Source of the DNA: Labilibaculum sp.
GTDB taxonomy: Bacteria; Bacteroidota; Bacteroidia; Bacteroidales; Marinifilaceae
Length of the DNA stretch: 33,402 nucleotides
Direction: 5' to 3'
NCBI GenBank assembly: GCA_041554215.1
Contig: JBFFMG010000001.1
Coordinates: forward strand, 1-33,402
A program made the translations under genes and the position numbers. Below are positions 1 to 8,813 of this stretch, in pieces. The stretch's first letter is position 1; the number at the start of each line of letters is the position of its first letter. The notes under the pieces are model-generated. The model was not told where the DNA came from and ran no database searches. It worked only from the letters and a program-made list of their open reading frames with translations.

Positions 1-1
1 A

Positions 2-388
2 AAAATTGAGAATCTTTTAGCTGAGGTTCCTCAATATGAAAATGATAGAATTGAAACTGTTCGTACTCGGATTAATGATAATCTAAGAGATTTTGTTGAA
101 AAGCAGAATGTTGATAAAAATCGTTTCGAGCAAGAAATCATCTATTATCTTGAAAAATTAGACATTACGGAAGAAAAAGTTCGTCTTGCCAACCATTGTA
201 AGTATTTTATTGAAACTTCGAATGCAGGAAATGCTGAAGGTAAAAAACTAGGCTTTATTGCCCAGGAAATTGGTCGTGAAATCAACACATTAGGTTCAAA
301 AGCCAATGATTCAAACATTCAAAAGATCGTAATTGATATGAAAGATGAATTGGAGAAAATAAAAGAACAGCTTTTAAACGTCTTGTAA
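2..388 (+). CDS. yicC: YicC/YloC family endoribonuclease, C-terminal part (5' end outside window)
   Basis: Manual translation from nt 2: ...EQEIIYYLEKLDITEEKVRL...GKKLGFIAQEIGREINTLGSKAND...MKDELEKIKEQLLNVL*, stop TAA at 386-388. Typical YicC C-terminal motifs and the conserved yicC-gmk order. Not in the ORF track because the start lies outside the window. Confidence 0.93.
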   Translation, partial: KIENLLAEVPQYENDRIETVRTRINDNLRDFVEKQNVDKNRFEQEIIYYLEKLDITEEKVRLANHCKYFIETSNAGNAEGKKLGFIAQEIGREINTLGSKANDSNIQKIVIDMKDELEKIKEQLLNVL

Positions 389-410
389 TTATTACAATAA
401 GTCATATTTT

Positions 411-440
411 AGCGTAGGGTTAGTCACTCTACGCTTTTTT
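411..440 (+). terminator. Intrinsic terminator-like hairpin between yicC and gmk
   Basis: AGCGTAGGGT-TAGTC-ACTCTACGCT (one G-U pair) followed by a T run. Confidence 0.65.
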
Positions 441-470
441 ATAATACAAATCTCAATAAAGCAATATCAA

Positions 471-1037
471 ATGCCGGGGAAATTATTCATATTTTCTGCA
501 CCAAGCGGATCTGGAAAAACAACTATTGTTCAACATCTTCTAAAACAGAATTTCAAGTTAAAATTCTCAATATCTGCAACAAGCAGAGCAAAAAGAACCA
601 ATGAGATTGATGGCAAAGACTATCACTTTTTGTCTACTGAAGAATTTAAAGCTAAAATTGACAACAACGAGTTTCTTGAATGGGAAGAAGTATATGAAGG
701 TTGTTTTTACGGGACACTTAAAAGTGAAGTAGAAAAAATCAGAGAAGAAGGCAACAACGTGATTTTTGATGTTGACGTTGTTGGTGGTACAAATATTAAG
801 AAATTTTATAAAGAAGAAGCTTTGGCTATTTTTATTCAGCCTCCATCAATAAAGGAGCTGGAAAACAGATTACGTAATCGAAATACCGATTCGCAGGAAG
901 TAATTGCCAAACGAATTGAAAAGTTTAAATTTGAATTAGCTTTTGCAGATCAATTTGACAAAGTAATTATTAACGATAAGCTCGAAATTGCATTTGTTGA
1001 AGCAGAAGCTGCATTAACTAATTTTCTAAACCAATAA
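471..1037 (+). CDS. gmk: Guanylate kinase
   Basis: P-loop APSGSGKTT, SISATSRAKR, EIDGKDYHF, FLEWEEV, YGT, DVDVVG motifs. Confidence 0.97.
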   Translation: MPGKLFIFSAPSGSGKTTIVQHLLKQNFKLKFSISATSRAKRTNEIDGKDYHFLSTEEFKAKIDNNEFLEWEEVYEGCFYGTLKSEVEKIREEGNNVIFDVDVVGGTNIKKFYKEEALAIFIQPPSIKELENRLRNRNTDSQEVIAKRIEKFKFELAFADQFDKVIINDKLEIAFVEAEAALTNFLNQ

Positions 1038-1053
1038 CTCAAGAAGAAATAGG

Positions 1054-1632
1054 ATGAAAATAGGACTATTTTTCGGATCGTTTAATCCAATTCATATTGG
1101 TCATCTCGCTATTGCAAACTACATGGCAGAATACACCAATTTAGAACAAATTTGGTTTGTAGTTAGTCCTCAGAATCCTTTTAAGAATAAAAGCAGTCTA
1201 TTAGCAGACTACCATCGACTTGAATTAGTAAACAGAGCTATTGAACGGTATCCCAATTTTAAGGCTTCTAATGTGGAATTCTCTATGCCACAGCCTTCTT
1301 TTACAATTGATACGCTTACCTATTTAAAAGAAAAAAATCCATCCCATCAGTTTTCTCTAATTGTAGGATCAGATAATTTGAAAAACTTCTCAAAGTGGAA
1401 GAATCATGACCTGATTCTTGAAAATCATGATTTATTTGTTTATCCGCGACCGAATTTTGAAAGTGAATCGATTACTCTGGATGGCAATATTTACATTGTA
1501 AATGCTCCTTTAATAGAAATCTCCTCAAGCTTTATACGAAAAGCCATAAAAGATAAAAAAGACATTCCCTATTTTATACCCGAAAAAGCTCATAACTACC
1601 TAAAGGAGATGCACTTTTACGAAAAATTATAA
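1054..1632 (+). CDS. nadD: Nicotinate-nucleotide adenylyltransferase
   Basis: FFGSFNPIHIGH (HxGH), SPQNPFK, IVGSDN, ISSSFIR motifs. Confidence 0.96.
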   Translation: MKIGLFFGSFNPIHIGHLAIANYMAEYTNLEQIWFVVSPQNPFKNKSSLLADYHRLELVNRAIERYPNFKASNVEFSMPQPSFTIDTLTYLKEKNPSHQFSLIVGSDNLKNFSKWKNHDLILENHDLFVYPRPNFESESITLDGNIYIVNAPLIEISSSFIRKAIKDKKDIPYFIPEKAHNYLKEMHFYEKL

Positions 1633-1636
1633 AATG

Positions 1637-1663
1637 AAAAAGGCTGGTCCCCACCAGCCTTTT
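1637..1663. terminator. Bidirectional intrinsic terminator (nadD on +, candidate sRNA on -)
   Basis: AAAAAGGCTGGT-CCCC-ACCAGCCTTTT: GC-rich stem with A and T tracts on either side. Confidence 0.8.
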
Positions 1664-1773
1664 CTCTAACCCAAAATGATTTCCAATACGAAGTTTTAAC
1701 CCTAAAACCATATATATTCATAAGGAAATTCCGATTCGATCACCATGCCTAACCACTACACTCCTGAATCGGA
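1637..1773 (-). ncRNA. Candidate ~135-nt intergenic small RNA with three GGUUA motifs
   Basis: Bounded by a consensus Bacteroidota promoter (1777-1806, - strand) and the terminator at 1637-1663. Separated from the upstream M16 operon by its terminator at 1869-1897. Internal stems TCCGATTC/GAATCGGA, ATTTCC/GGAAAT, GTTTTA/TAAAAC. No matching ORF in the track. Confidence 0.55.
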
Positions 1774-1776
1774 GTG

Positions 1777-1806
1777 CAAAGGTAATTATTAAATTGAAAA
1801 CTCAAA
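1777..1806 (-). promoter_or_regulatory. Bacteroidota housekeeping-sigma promoter driving the candidate sRNA
   Basis: Minus strand reads TTTG (1806-1803) - 18 nt - TACCTTTG (1784-1777), matching the -33 TTTG and -7 TAnnTTTG consensus. Confidence 0.6.
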
Positions 1807-1868
1807 GGCTTTTAAAAATATTTATTCGTATTTCCAAAATAATAAAGTACGCACTCCCAAAATCCAAT

Positions 1869-1897
1869 AAAAAAGGCTGCAAATCGCAGCCTTTTTT
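1869..1897 (-). terminator. Intrinsic terminator of the M16 peptidase operon
   Basis: AAAAAAGGCTGC-AAATC-GCAGCCTTTTTT about 20 nt past the stop at 1917. Confidence 0.85.
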
Positions 1898-1916
1898 CAA
1901 TGAAAATTTAACCTCT

Positions 1917-3980
1917 TTAGTTAAAAATAGAATCTTCTACGCCTTTGTTTACAGATAATTCAGTAATTGTTAGAGGCATTTCCTGTGGTCCCATTTTAGT
2001 AACAGTTAAGTATGGATATTTAATACCTTCAACTTCTTTGTATTCTTTGTAAAGCATTACTATGCTCATTCCATTTTGCTGCATGATAGTTTTTATCTTT
2101 AATCCGGATTCAACAGAAAAGAAGTCATATCTTGATTCTCCACCAGCATCCGTGATTTCAATTTTGTAAGCTTTTTCTCCATCAATAACTTCAGCTCCTA
2201 CAATATCCATTTTATAACCAAGCTCCTGCATATTTAACTCAGGACACATTTGCGCTTGAATTTTATATTTAGCTAACTCAGCCTCGTCAGCTTGTTTCTC
2301 TTGTCCCATTGCCATAATCTTAGCCGAAGTACCATTATAAGTCACTGCTTGCATCACCTGACCATTCATGGTCATTTTCAGGCTATATTTTTCGTTATTT
2401 TTAAAAGCGGTTTCAATATTCATACTCATTGGGCCCATTTTCATCTCACCTTTAATTGCAAGATTCTTTACTGCTGACCACTTATCACGACCGCCAACAG
2501 CAGTCAAATAATTTTCGATCACAGAAGTGCAGGTTAAACCTTCCGGAATCGCATTTGGGTCCTCCTTTACAATATCTCCCTTGTAATCATATTCCTCAAC
2601 CTCACCAGTAGAACTTAACTTAGCCAGCTGCTTCTTGTACTTTTTATCACCAACAACTAAATAAACAGCATTATCAGGATCGGTGTACTTTTTCGCCATT
2701 GCCTGTATATCTTCCAATGTTACTTTATCTAATTTTTCAAGATAAGTTGCATAATAATCTGCAGGCAATTTGTAACGTTCAATAGCCATTGCGAAATCGG
2801 CAATCGTTGAAGGATTTTCTAAGGACCTTGCAAAATCACCAGCCAAAGTAGCTTTGGTCATATCCAAATGATCCTGTGTAAGTTTCGTATTACGAATCTT
2901 ATTAATCTCAAAAGCCATTTCCATTAAAGAGCTATCTGTAACTTCTGCCTTAACCTCCGAGCTTGTATAAAATCGCCCAACTAACTTATCTGATGAAAGT
3001 CCAGAATAAGCACCATACGTATATGCTTTATCTTCACGAAGATTTTTATTCAATAACCCTAAAAAACCACGTCCCAACATCGAATTCATAACAGATGCTG
3101 GAATTATATCTGGATCACCTTTTTTCAAATCAATCCAATTAATAATTTGCACTAATGATTGAGGAGCAGCATCTTTATTTGCGAACACAACTCTTTTTCC
3201 TTCAATTTTAGCAGGCATTTCGTACTTATGGGTTGGAACAACACCTTGCTCCCACTTCCCAAAATATTTCTCAACCAATTTCTTAGCTTCCTTTGTTGTA
3301 ATATCACCAACAATCACCATCAAAGCCACATTTGGCTTAAAGTAGGTTTCGTGATACTTCTTACAATCCTCAACAGTAACATTATTAACAGAAGCTTCTG
3401 TCAAAACCTCACCATAAGGATGACTTTCCCCATACAACACCTTACTTCTTACATTTCTTGAAGTAGATTTAGGATCTGTCTTATTTGCTTCCAGACCTGA
3501 TAAGGTTTGTTTTACAATCTTATCAAATTCATCTTGAGGAAAAATCGGATGTAAAGTTACATCAGCCATTAACTCAATAATTTGTTCTTTATATCTTGAT
3601 AAACCACCAGCAACTGCTCCGTCTGCTCTAGCACCCAAGTCTGCACCAATAAAATCAATTTCTTCAGCAATTTGATTGGCTGTACGGCTACTTGTACCTC
3701 TATCCATTAAATCACCCGTAAAAGAAGTATAACCAACTTTATCTCCTTCAACAATTGGATCAATCAATAAAGACAGTGCAAATTCAACTCTAGGAAGCTT
3801 GTGGTTTTCAACCACTAAGACTTTCATTCCATTTTTTAAAGTAAAGCTATCGTGATCCCCAATTTGAATTTTTGGAGCAGGCCCAGCCGCGGGAGCCTTT
3901 GTTCGATCAACCTGAGCACTTGCCGATATCACAAAACAAATTGCAATAAACAATGCGAATAATCTATATGTTTTTTTCAT
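1917..3980 (-). CDS. M16 family (insulinase/pitrilysin-like) non-catalytic subunit with signal peptide and extra C-terminal domain
   Basis: LKNGMKVLVVENHKLP start of the M16 fold; no HxxEH (reads FTGDLMDRGT); NLREDKAYTYG R/Y motif. Probable start is ATG at 3980 (MKKTYRLFALFIAICFVISASAQ signal peptide) rather than TTG at 3998. Confidence 0.88.
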   Translation of the reverse strand: MKKTYRLFALFIAICFVISASAQVDRTKAPAAGPAPKIQIGDHDSFTLKNGMKVLVVENHKLPRVEFALSLLIDPIVEGDKVGYTSFTGDLMDRGTSSRTANQIAEEIDFIGADLGARADGAVAGGLSRYKEQIIELMADVTLHPIFPQDEFDKIVKQTLSGLEANKTDPKSTSRNVRSKVLYGESHPYGEVLTEASVNNVTVEDCKKYHETYFKPNVALMVIVGDITTKEAKKLVEKYFGKWEQGVVPTHKYEMPAKIEGKRVVFANKDAAPQSLVQIINWIDLKKGDPDIIPASVMNSMLGRGFLGLLNKNLREDKAYTYGAYSGLSSDKLVGRFYTSSEVKAEVTDSSLMEMAFEINKIRNTKLTQDHLDMTKATLAGDFARSLENPSTIADFAMAIERYKLPADYYATYLEKLDKVTLEDIQAMAKKYTDPDNAVYLVVGDKKYKKQLAKLSSTGEVEEYDYKGDIVKEDPNAIPEGLTCTSVIENYLTAVGGRDKWSAVKNLAIKGEMKMGPMSMNIETAFKNNEKYSLKMTMNGQVMQAVTYNGTSAKIMAMGQEKQADEAELAKYKIQAQMCPELNMQELGYKMDIVGAEVIDGEKAYKIEITDAGGESRYDFFSVESGLKIKTIMQQNGMSIVMLYKEYKEVEGIKYPYLTVTKMGPQEMPLTITELSVNKGVEDSIFN

Positions 3981-4049
3981 TATTTCTCTTTTTTTCAATT
4001 CTTGTATATTCGGATTTTTTTCATACTTAAATCCATATTCATGAAACTA

Positions 4050-5375
4050 TTAATTTTGCTTTGGCATGTAATAAAGAACTACTCTATTATTTGAGACAAA
4101 ATATTTCTTAGCAACATCTCTAATATCCTCTTTTGTTACTGCAAAATATTTTTCAAGTTCTTGATTTACTCTATCTGCATTTTTATAATAGGTATATGCT
4201 GTTGCTAAATTTGAAGCACGCATTTCTATTGTTGCATTAGAACCTACCAATTCATTCTCAATTTTATTTCTTAATTTCTGAAATTCATTATCCGAAATCA
4301 ATTCTTCGCGAACGGTAGAAAATTGAATATCCATTTCTTTTTCAAGATCCATCAAATCAACACCCATGTTAGGAATACCGAATGCTAATGTCAATCCAGG
4401 ATCTTCGTTTGGCATTGGGAAAGCCATCATTTGCAATGCCAATTGCTTCTCATCAACTAAAGTTTTATACAAACGAGAGCTCTTGCCATCGGTCATTAAT
4501 TTTGATAACATATCCACAGCATAAAAATCGGAAGTTCCCACTGCAGGAATGTGATATGCTTGAATTACTGCAGGTAATTGAATATTGTCATAAACCGTAT
4601 CTCTAACCTCAGCCGTTTTAGCAGGCTCAACAATACTTGGACGATAAATTTCTTTTGTTCCTTTAGGAATTTCAGAAAAATAATCAGCTACTAGTTTCTT
4701 AACCTCTTTTGTTTCAAAATCGCCACAAATAGTTAGAACTGCATTGTTTGGCACGTAAAATTCCTTGTAAAAACTTAAAAAATCTTCATCTTTTGCATTT
4801 TCAATATGAGTCTCATCACCAATAGTTATCCATCGGTATGGATGTTTTACATATGCTCGTTTCATTGTTTCAGGAAGAATTCTTCCATAAGGACGATTAT
4901 CGTAACTCTGCTTTTTTTCTTGAATCACAACCCCTTTTTGCGTTTTAATACCAATTTGGTCCACCTTCGCATGCAACATTCTTTCCGATTCTAACCACAA
5001 TCCTAAAGCCAATTGATTAGATGGAAGCTTCTCATAATAGTAGGTTCTATCGGAAGAAGTGTTTGCATTTAATTGTCCACCAGCTCTCGATACATATTTA
5101 TCGTATTCATGACGAGGAATATTTTCTGTTCCTTCGAACATTAAATGTTCAAAAAAGTGAGCAAATCCAGTTAATTCCGGATTTTCATTTTTTGAACCAA
5201 CATGATACATTACCGAAACTACGATATTAGGAGTTGTGTGATCTTGCTGCAAAATAACATGCAAGCCATTGTCCAAATCGTACTCTTCAAATTCAATCTT
5301 TCCATTTTGCGAAAAACCGCTTGTTAGCACAAACCCGACTAACAAAGACAACATTAGGAGTCTTTTACTCATCAT
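4050..5375 (-). CDS. M16 family zinc metallopeptidase, catalytic subunit
   Basis: GFAHFFEHLMFEGT inverted zinc motif HxxEH, NANTSSDRTYY, N-terminal signal peptide. Confidence 0.93.
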   Translation of the reverse strand: MMSKRLLMLSLLVGFVLTSGFSQNGKIEFEEYDLDNGLHVILQQDHTTPNIVVSVMYHVGSKNENPELTGFAHFFEHLMFEGTENIPRHEYDKYVSRAGGQLNANTSSDRTYYYEKLPSNQLALGLWLESERMLHAKVDQIGIKTQKGVVIQEKKQSYDNRPYGRILPETMKRAYVKHPYRWITIGDETHIENAKDEDFLSFYKEFYVPNNAVLTICGDFETKEVKKLVADYFSEIPKGTKEIYRPSIVEPAKTAEVRDTVYDNIQLPAVIQAYHIPAVGTSDFYAVDMLSKLMTDGKSSRLYKTLVDEKQLALQMMAFPMPNEDPGLTLAFGIPNMGVDLMDLEKEMDIQFSTVREELISDNEFQKLRNKIENELVGSNATIEMRASNLATAYTYYKNADRVNQELEKYFAVTKEDIRDVAKKYFVSNNRVVLYYMPKQN

Positions 5376-5644
5376 TTAATAAAATTATAGGTGATACAAA
5401 AAAAATTGATTTCTCATTCGAAAACCGTTAAACAATATTAAATCATTATATGCTAACTATCAACTTTATTGGACAAACACAATACACAAACGATCAATGG
5501 AGAAAAATAATCGCTCAACGTATTCAAATGAACAAAAACAGAAAAAATTGTTAATTAGTCAAACTCATATTGCATATGATACAACAACAATATTTTGTAT
5601 CATTTTTAGATACATATTTACTGTACTTTCAATTATCCAACAAT

Positions 5645-5678
5645 AAAAAAGGAGAATCCCGTATGGAATTCCCCTTTT
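5645..5678 (-). terminator. Intrinsic terminator of the 2-oxoacid oxidoreductase operon
   Basis: Minus strand: AAAAGGGGAATTCC-ATAC-GGGATTCTCCTTTTTT. Confidence 0.75.
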
Positions 5679-5712
5679 GCTAAACTGTATGTTAGGATTG
5701 TTGTGTTGTCTC

Positions 5713-6264
5713 TTACAAAACATGAACTGTCTCAACATTACTACTTCCTTTTTGAATTGCTTCGATATTTAAAGGAATTAATTTATGGTGACGTTCAGGC
5801 AACGATTTCTCAAGTCCTTTCTTAACATTCTCCAATAATACAATAGGCTTCACTTTAAGAAAAGCGCCCATAATAATCATGTTGAATGTTTGCGGATTTC
5901 CCAATTCTGCAGCAAGAGCAGCTCCAGGAATTCTAAAAACATTAATATCTTTTCGTTCAGGATGATGAGTAATACCATTAGGATCATAAATCAATGTTCC
6001 CCCTGGCTTAACTTCATTTACAAACTTATCCATTGATTGCTGATTAAGGATAATCGCCGTATCAAAACTTTTCAATACAGGAGAACTAATACGCTCGTCA
6101 CTTAATATAACAGTTACATTAGCAGTACCTCCACGCATCTCGGGACCATAAGATGGCATCCATGATACTTCCTGATTTTGCATGATAGCAGAATAGCAAA
6201 GAATTTTACCCATTGAAAGGACACCTTGACCACCAAATCCTGCAATTATAATTTCTTCAGTCAT
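5713..6264 (-). CDS. 2-oxoacid:ferredoxin oxidoreductase, gamma subunit
   Basis: IIIAGFGGQGVL, PSYGPEMRGG, NMIIMGA motifs; operon context. Confidence 0.93.
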   Translation of the reverse strand: MTEEIIIAGFGGQGVLSMGKILCYSAIMQNQEVSWMPSYGPEMRGGTANVTVILSDERISSPVLKSFDTAIILNQQSMDKFVNEVKPGGTLIYDPNGITHHPERKDINVFRIPGAALAAELGNPQTFNMIIMGAFLKVKPIVLLENVKKGLEKSLPERHHKLIPLNIEAIQKGSSNVETVHVL

Positions 6265-6297
6265 TTTTTTTACAGATTAATTGATTAAAATGGATTT

Positions 6298-7071
6298 TTA
6301 TCTATCCTTTAATGTACCCAATGGATAATATGGAAACATATTTTCTTTCATCCATTCATTTGATTTAACGGGAGACAATTTCCATCCAGAACTACATGTT
6401 CCAACAATTTCAATAAACGAAATTCCCTTATGCTCTCTGGTATTTTCAAAACCTTTGCGTACCGCTTTTTTCAATTTACGAACTGCCGCTGGAGTTTCTG
6501 CCGATTCACGAGTTACAAAGCGAGTACCTGGTAACATAGCAAGCATTTCGGTAATCCTCATTGGATAACCCGTTGTAGAGCAATCACGTCCGTAAGGAGA
6601 AGTAGCAGTAACCTGTCCTTCCAAAGTAGTAGGAGCCATTTGACCACCAGTCATACCATAAATTGCATTATTCACGAAAAACACCACAATGTTTTCACCT
6701 CTATTACAAGCGTGCATAATTTCAGCACAACCAATAGAAGCTAAATCACCATCTCCCTGATAAGTAAATACGTATTTTTCCGGCATTAATCGAGCTGTTG
6801 CTGTTGCTAGTGCAGGAGCACGTCCATGAGCTGCTTGTTGCCAATCGATATCAAGATAATTGTAGGCTAAGACAGAACATCCAACAGGCGAAACACCAAT
6901 TGTTTTATCCTGAATCCCCATTTCATCAATCACCTCAGCAATTACCTTGTGAATTACTCCATGAGTACATCCAGGACAGTAATGCATTTCGTTGTCTAGA
7001 AGAAGACTGGTTTTGCTATAAACCAGATTCTCTTTGCTAATTATTTTGTTGATTTCAGTCGTTGCTGTCAT
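6298..7071 (-). CDS. 2-oxoacid:ferredoxin oxidoreductase, TPP-binding (beta) subunit
   Basis: YCPGCTH, PVGC, HGRA, TPP motif GDGD...NNAIYGMTGGQ. Confidence 0.93.
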   Translation of the reverse strand: MTATTEINKIISKENLVYSKTSLLLDNEMHYCPGCTHGVIHKVIAEVIDEMGIQDKTIGVSPVGCSVLAYNYLDIDWQQAAHGRAPALATATARLMPEKYVFTYQGDGDLASIGCAEIMHACNRGENIVVFFVNNAIYGMTGGQMAPTTLEGQVTATSPYGRDCSTTGYPMRITEMLAMLPGTRFVTRESAETPAAVRKLKKAVRKGFENTREHKGISFIEIVGTCSSGWKLSPVKSNEWMKENMFPYYPLGTLKDR

Positions 7072-7074
7072 AAC

Positions 7075-8160
7075 CTATTTTCCTAAAATTTTTTGTTCTA
7101 ATGCTTCAACTACTTCCTCTGGCGTTGGAATAATTCCACCATATCGTCCAAAATGCTCCACTGGCACCTTACCATTTACAGCAAGACGAACATCTTCCAC
7201 CATTTGCCCGGCACTCATCTCAACAGATAAAATACCTTTAACGGAACCTAACATTTCCTGAATAGCTTTAACAGGATAAGGGAAAAGAGTAATAGGACGT
7301 AACAAACCTACTTTAATGCCTTTCTCACGAGCTTGTTCAACTGCTTTCTGACAAATACGAGCACTCGAACCGTAAGCTACGAAAAGATATTCAGCGTCAT
7401 CACATGCAATTTTCTCGAATCTTACATCATTCTCTTCCATTGCGCGATATTTCGCCTGCAGCTTGTGATTAAATATTTCTTGTTTCGAAGAATCTAAATC
7501 CAATGAAGTTGAGATATTACGCTCACGATCAGGAGTTTTTCCTGTAGTTGCCCAAGAACCAGAAATTTTCTTAATTTCTTCATCTGTCCAACGAGCTTTG
7601 AATTCTGACAATTGAACTTTTTCCATCATCTGGCCAATTACCCCATCAGTTAGAATCATTGCAGGATTCAAATATTTAAAAGAAAGCTCAAATGACAAAT
7701 CCACAAAATCGTTCATTTCCTGAACCGATGCTGGAGCTAATACAATCAACTTATAATCTCCATGTCCGCCACCTTTTACAGCTTGAAAATAATCAGACTG
7801 AGCAGGTTGAATTGTTCCCAATCCTGGTCCTCCTCGTACAACATTTACAATTAATGCAGGCAATTCTGCACCGGCCAAATATGTAATTCCTTCAGCTTTT
7901 AAACTAATTCCAGGACTAGAGGAAGATGTCATTACTTTTTTCCCGCAGGAAGCTCCACCATAAACCATGTTTATAGCAGCAACTTCACTTTCGGCTTGCA
8001 GAACCACCATACCTGTACTTTCCCAGGGTTTGCGGATCATTAGGGTTTCCATAATTTCGGATTGAGGAGTAATTGGATATCCAAAATACCCATCGCATCC
8101 ACAGCGAATAGCTGCTTCTGCAATAACCTCATTTCCCTTCATTAAACGAACGTCTCCCAT
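7075..8160 (-). CDS. vorB: 2-oxoacid:ferredoxin oxidoreductase alpha-type subunit (VorB-like, 2-oxoisovalerate type)
   Basis: MKGNEVIAEAAI, GYPITPQSE, QAESEVAAINM, SSSPGISLK, RGGPGLG motifs. Substrate specificity is inferred from family resemblance only. Confidence 0.88.
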   Translation of the reverse strand: MGDVRLMKGNEVIAEAAIRCGCDGYFGYPITPQSEIMETLMIRKPWESTGMVVLQAESEVAAINMVYGGASCGKKVMTSSSSPGISLKAEGITYLAGAELPALIVNVVRGGPGLGTIQPAQSDYFQAVKGGGHGDYKLIVLAPASVQEMNDFVDLSFELSFKYLNPAMILTDGVIGQMMEKVQLSEFKARWTDEEIKKISGSWATTGKTPDRERNISTSLDLDSSKQEIFNHKLQAKYRAMEENDVRFEKIACDDAEYLFVAYGSSARICQKAVEQAREKGIKVGLLRPITLFPYPVKAIQEMLGSVKGILSVEMSAGQMVEDVRLAVNGKVPVEHFGRYGGIIPTPEEVVEALEQKILGK

Positions 8161-8209
8161 TACAAATATTTTTATAAATTTTTCAGATTTAGAATAACGT
8201 ATCTTAGTG

Positions 8210-8437
8210 CTAGCTTGCTTTCGCTCTGTAAACAGTAATAACAGTGTCCGGACAAACTAATCCACAACTCGAACAACCAATACATGCATCAGCATCAGCC
8301 ATATATGCATAATGATAACCTTTGCCATTCACGTCGCGTGCAAGTTCGATAACCTTTGTAGGACAGGCTACAACACACAAGCCACAACCTTTACATTTTT
8401 CGGTATCAACAACAATAGCACCTTTGAATTTTGCCAT
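8210..8437 (-). CDS. 2x[4Fe-4S] ferredoxin (delta subunit of the oxidoreductase)
   Basis: CKGCGLCVVACP and CIGCSSCGLVCP; first gene of the operon. Confidence 0.93.
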   Translation of the reverse strand: MAKFKGAIVVDTEKCKGCGLCVVACPTKVIELARDVNGKGYHYAYMADADACIGCSSCGLVCPDTVITVYRAKAS

Positions 8438-8682
8438 AGCGTATATAAAATTTAATGTTACTTTTTATTTTATATCATAAAGGTAACAAATCAAAAGCAC
8501 TTTTCGCAATTTTGCTTTCGATTCATTACGTTTTCACAGAATTTACAATCAGTCTAAATAAATTAGTCGCTTTACAGTTGTAATTTATTTGTTTTTATCG
8601 TTCACAGCTTACAGATTGAAACTTGATCCAATCAATACTATCCTGTTCATAAATTTAAGTAGTCGGTTATTAAATATACAGC

Positions 8683-8720
8683 AAAAAAAAGTTTCATGAA
8701 TATCTATCCATGAAACTTTT
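8683..8720 (-). terminator. Intrinsic terminator after the aminotransferase
   Basis: AAAAGTTTCATG...CATGAAACTTTT inverted repeat with an 8-T tail on the minus strand. Confidence 0.7.
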
Positions 8721-8813
8721 ATTAGGGTTAGTTAAAATATATTCTTGAAAATTACGCAAAAAACTATCAATCATATCAATATGTTTTCTTGCAATAATTC
8801 TGACTAGAAACTG

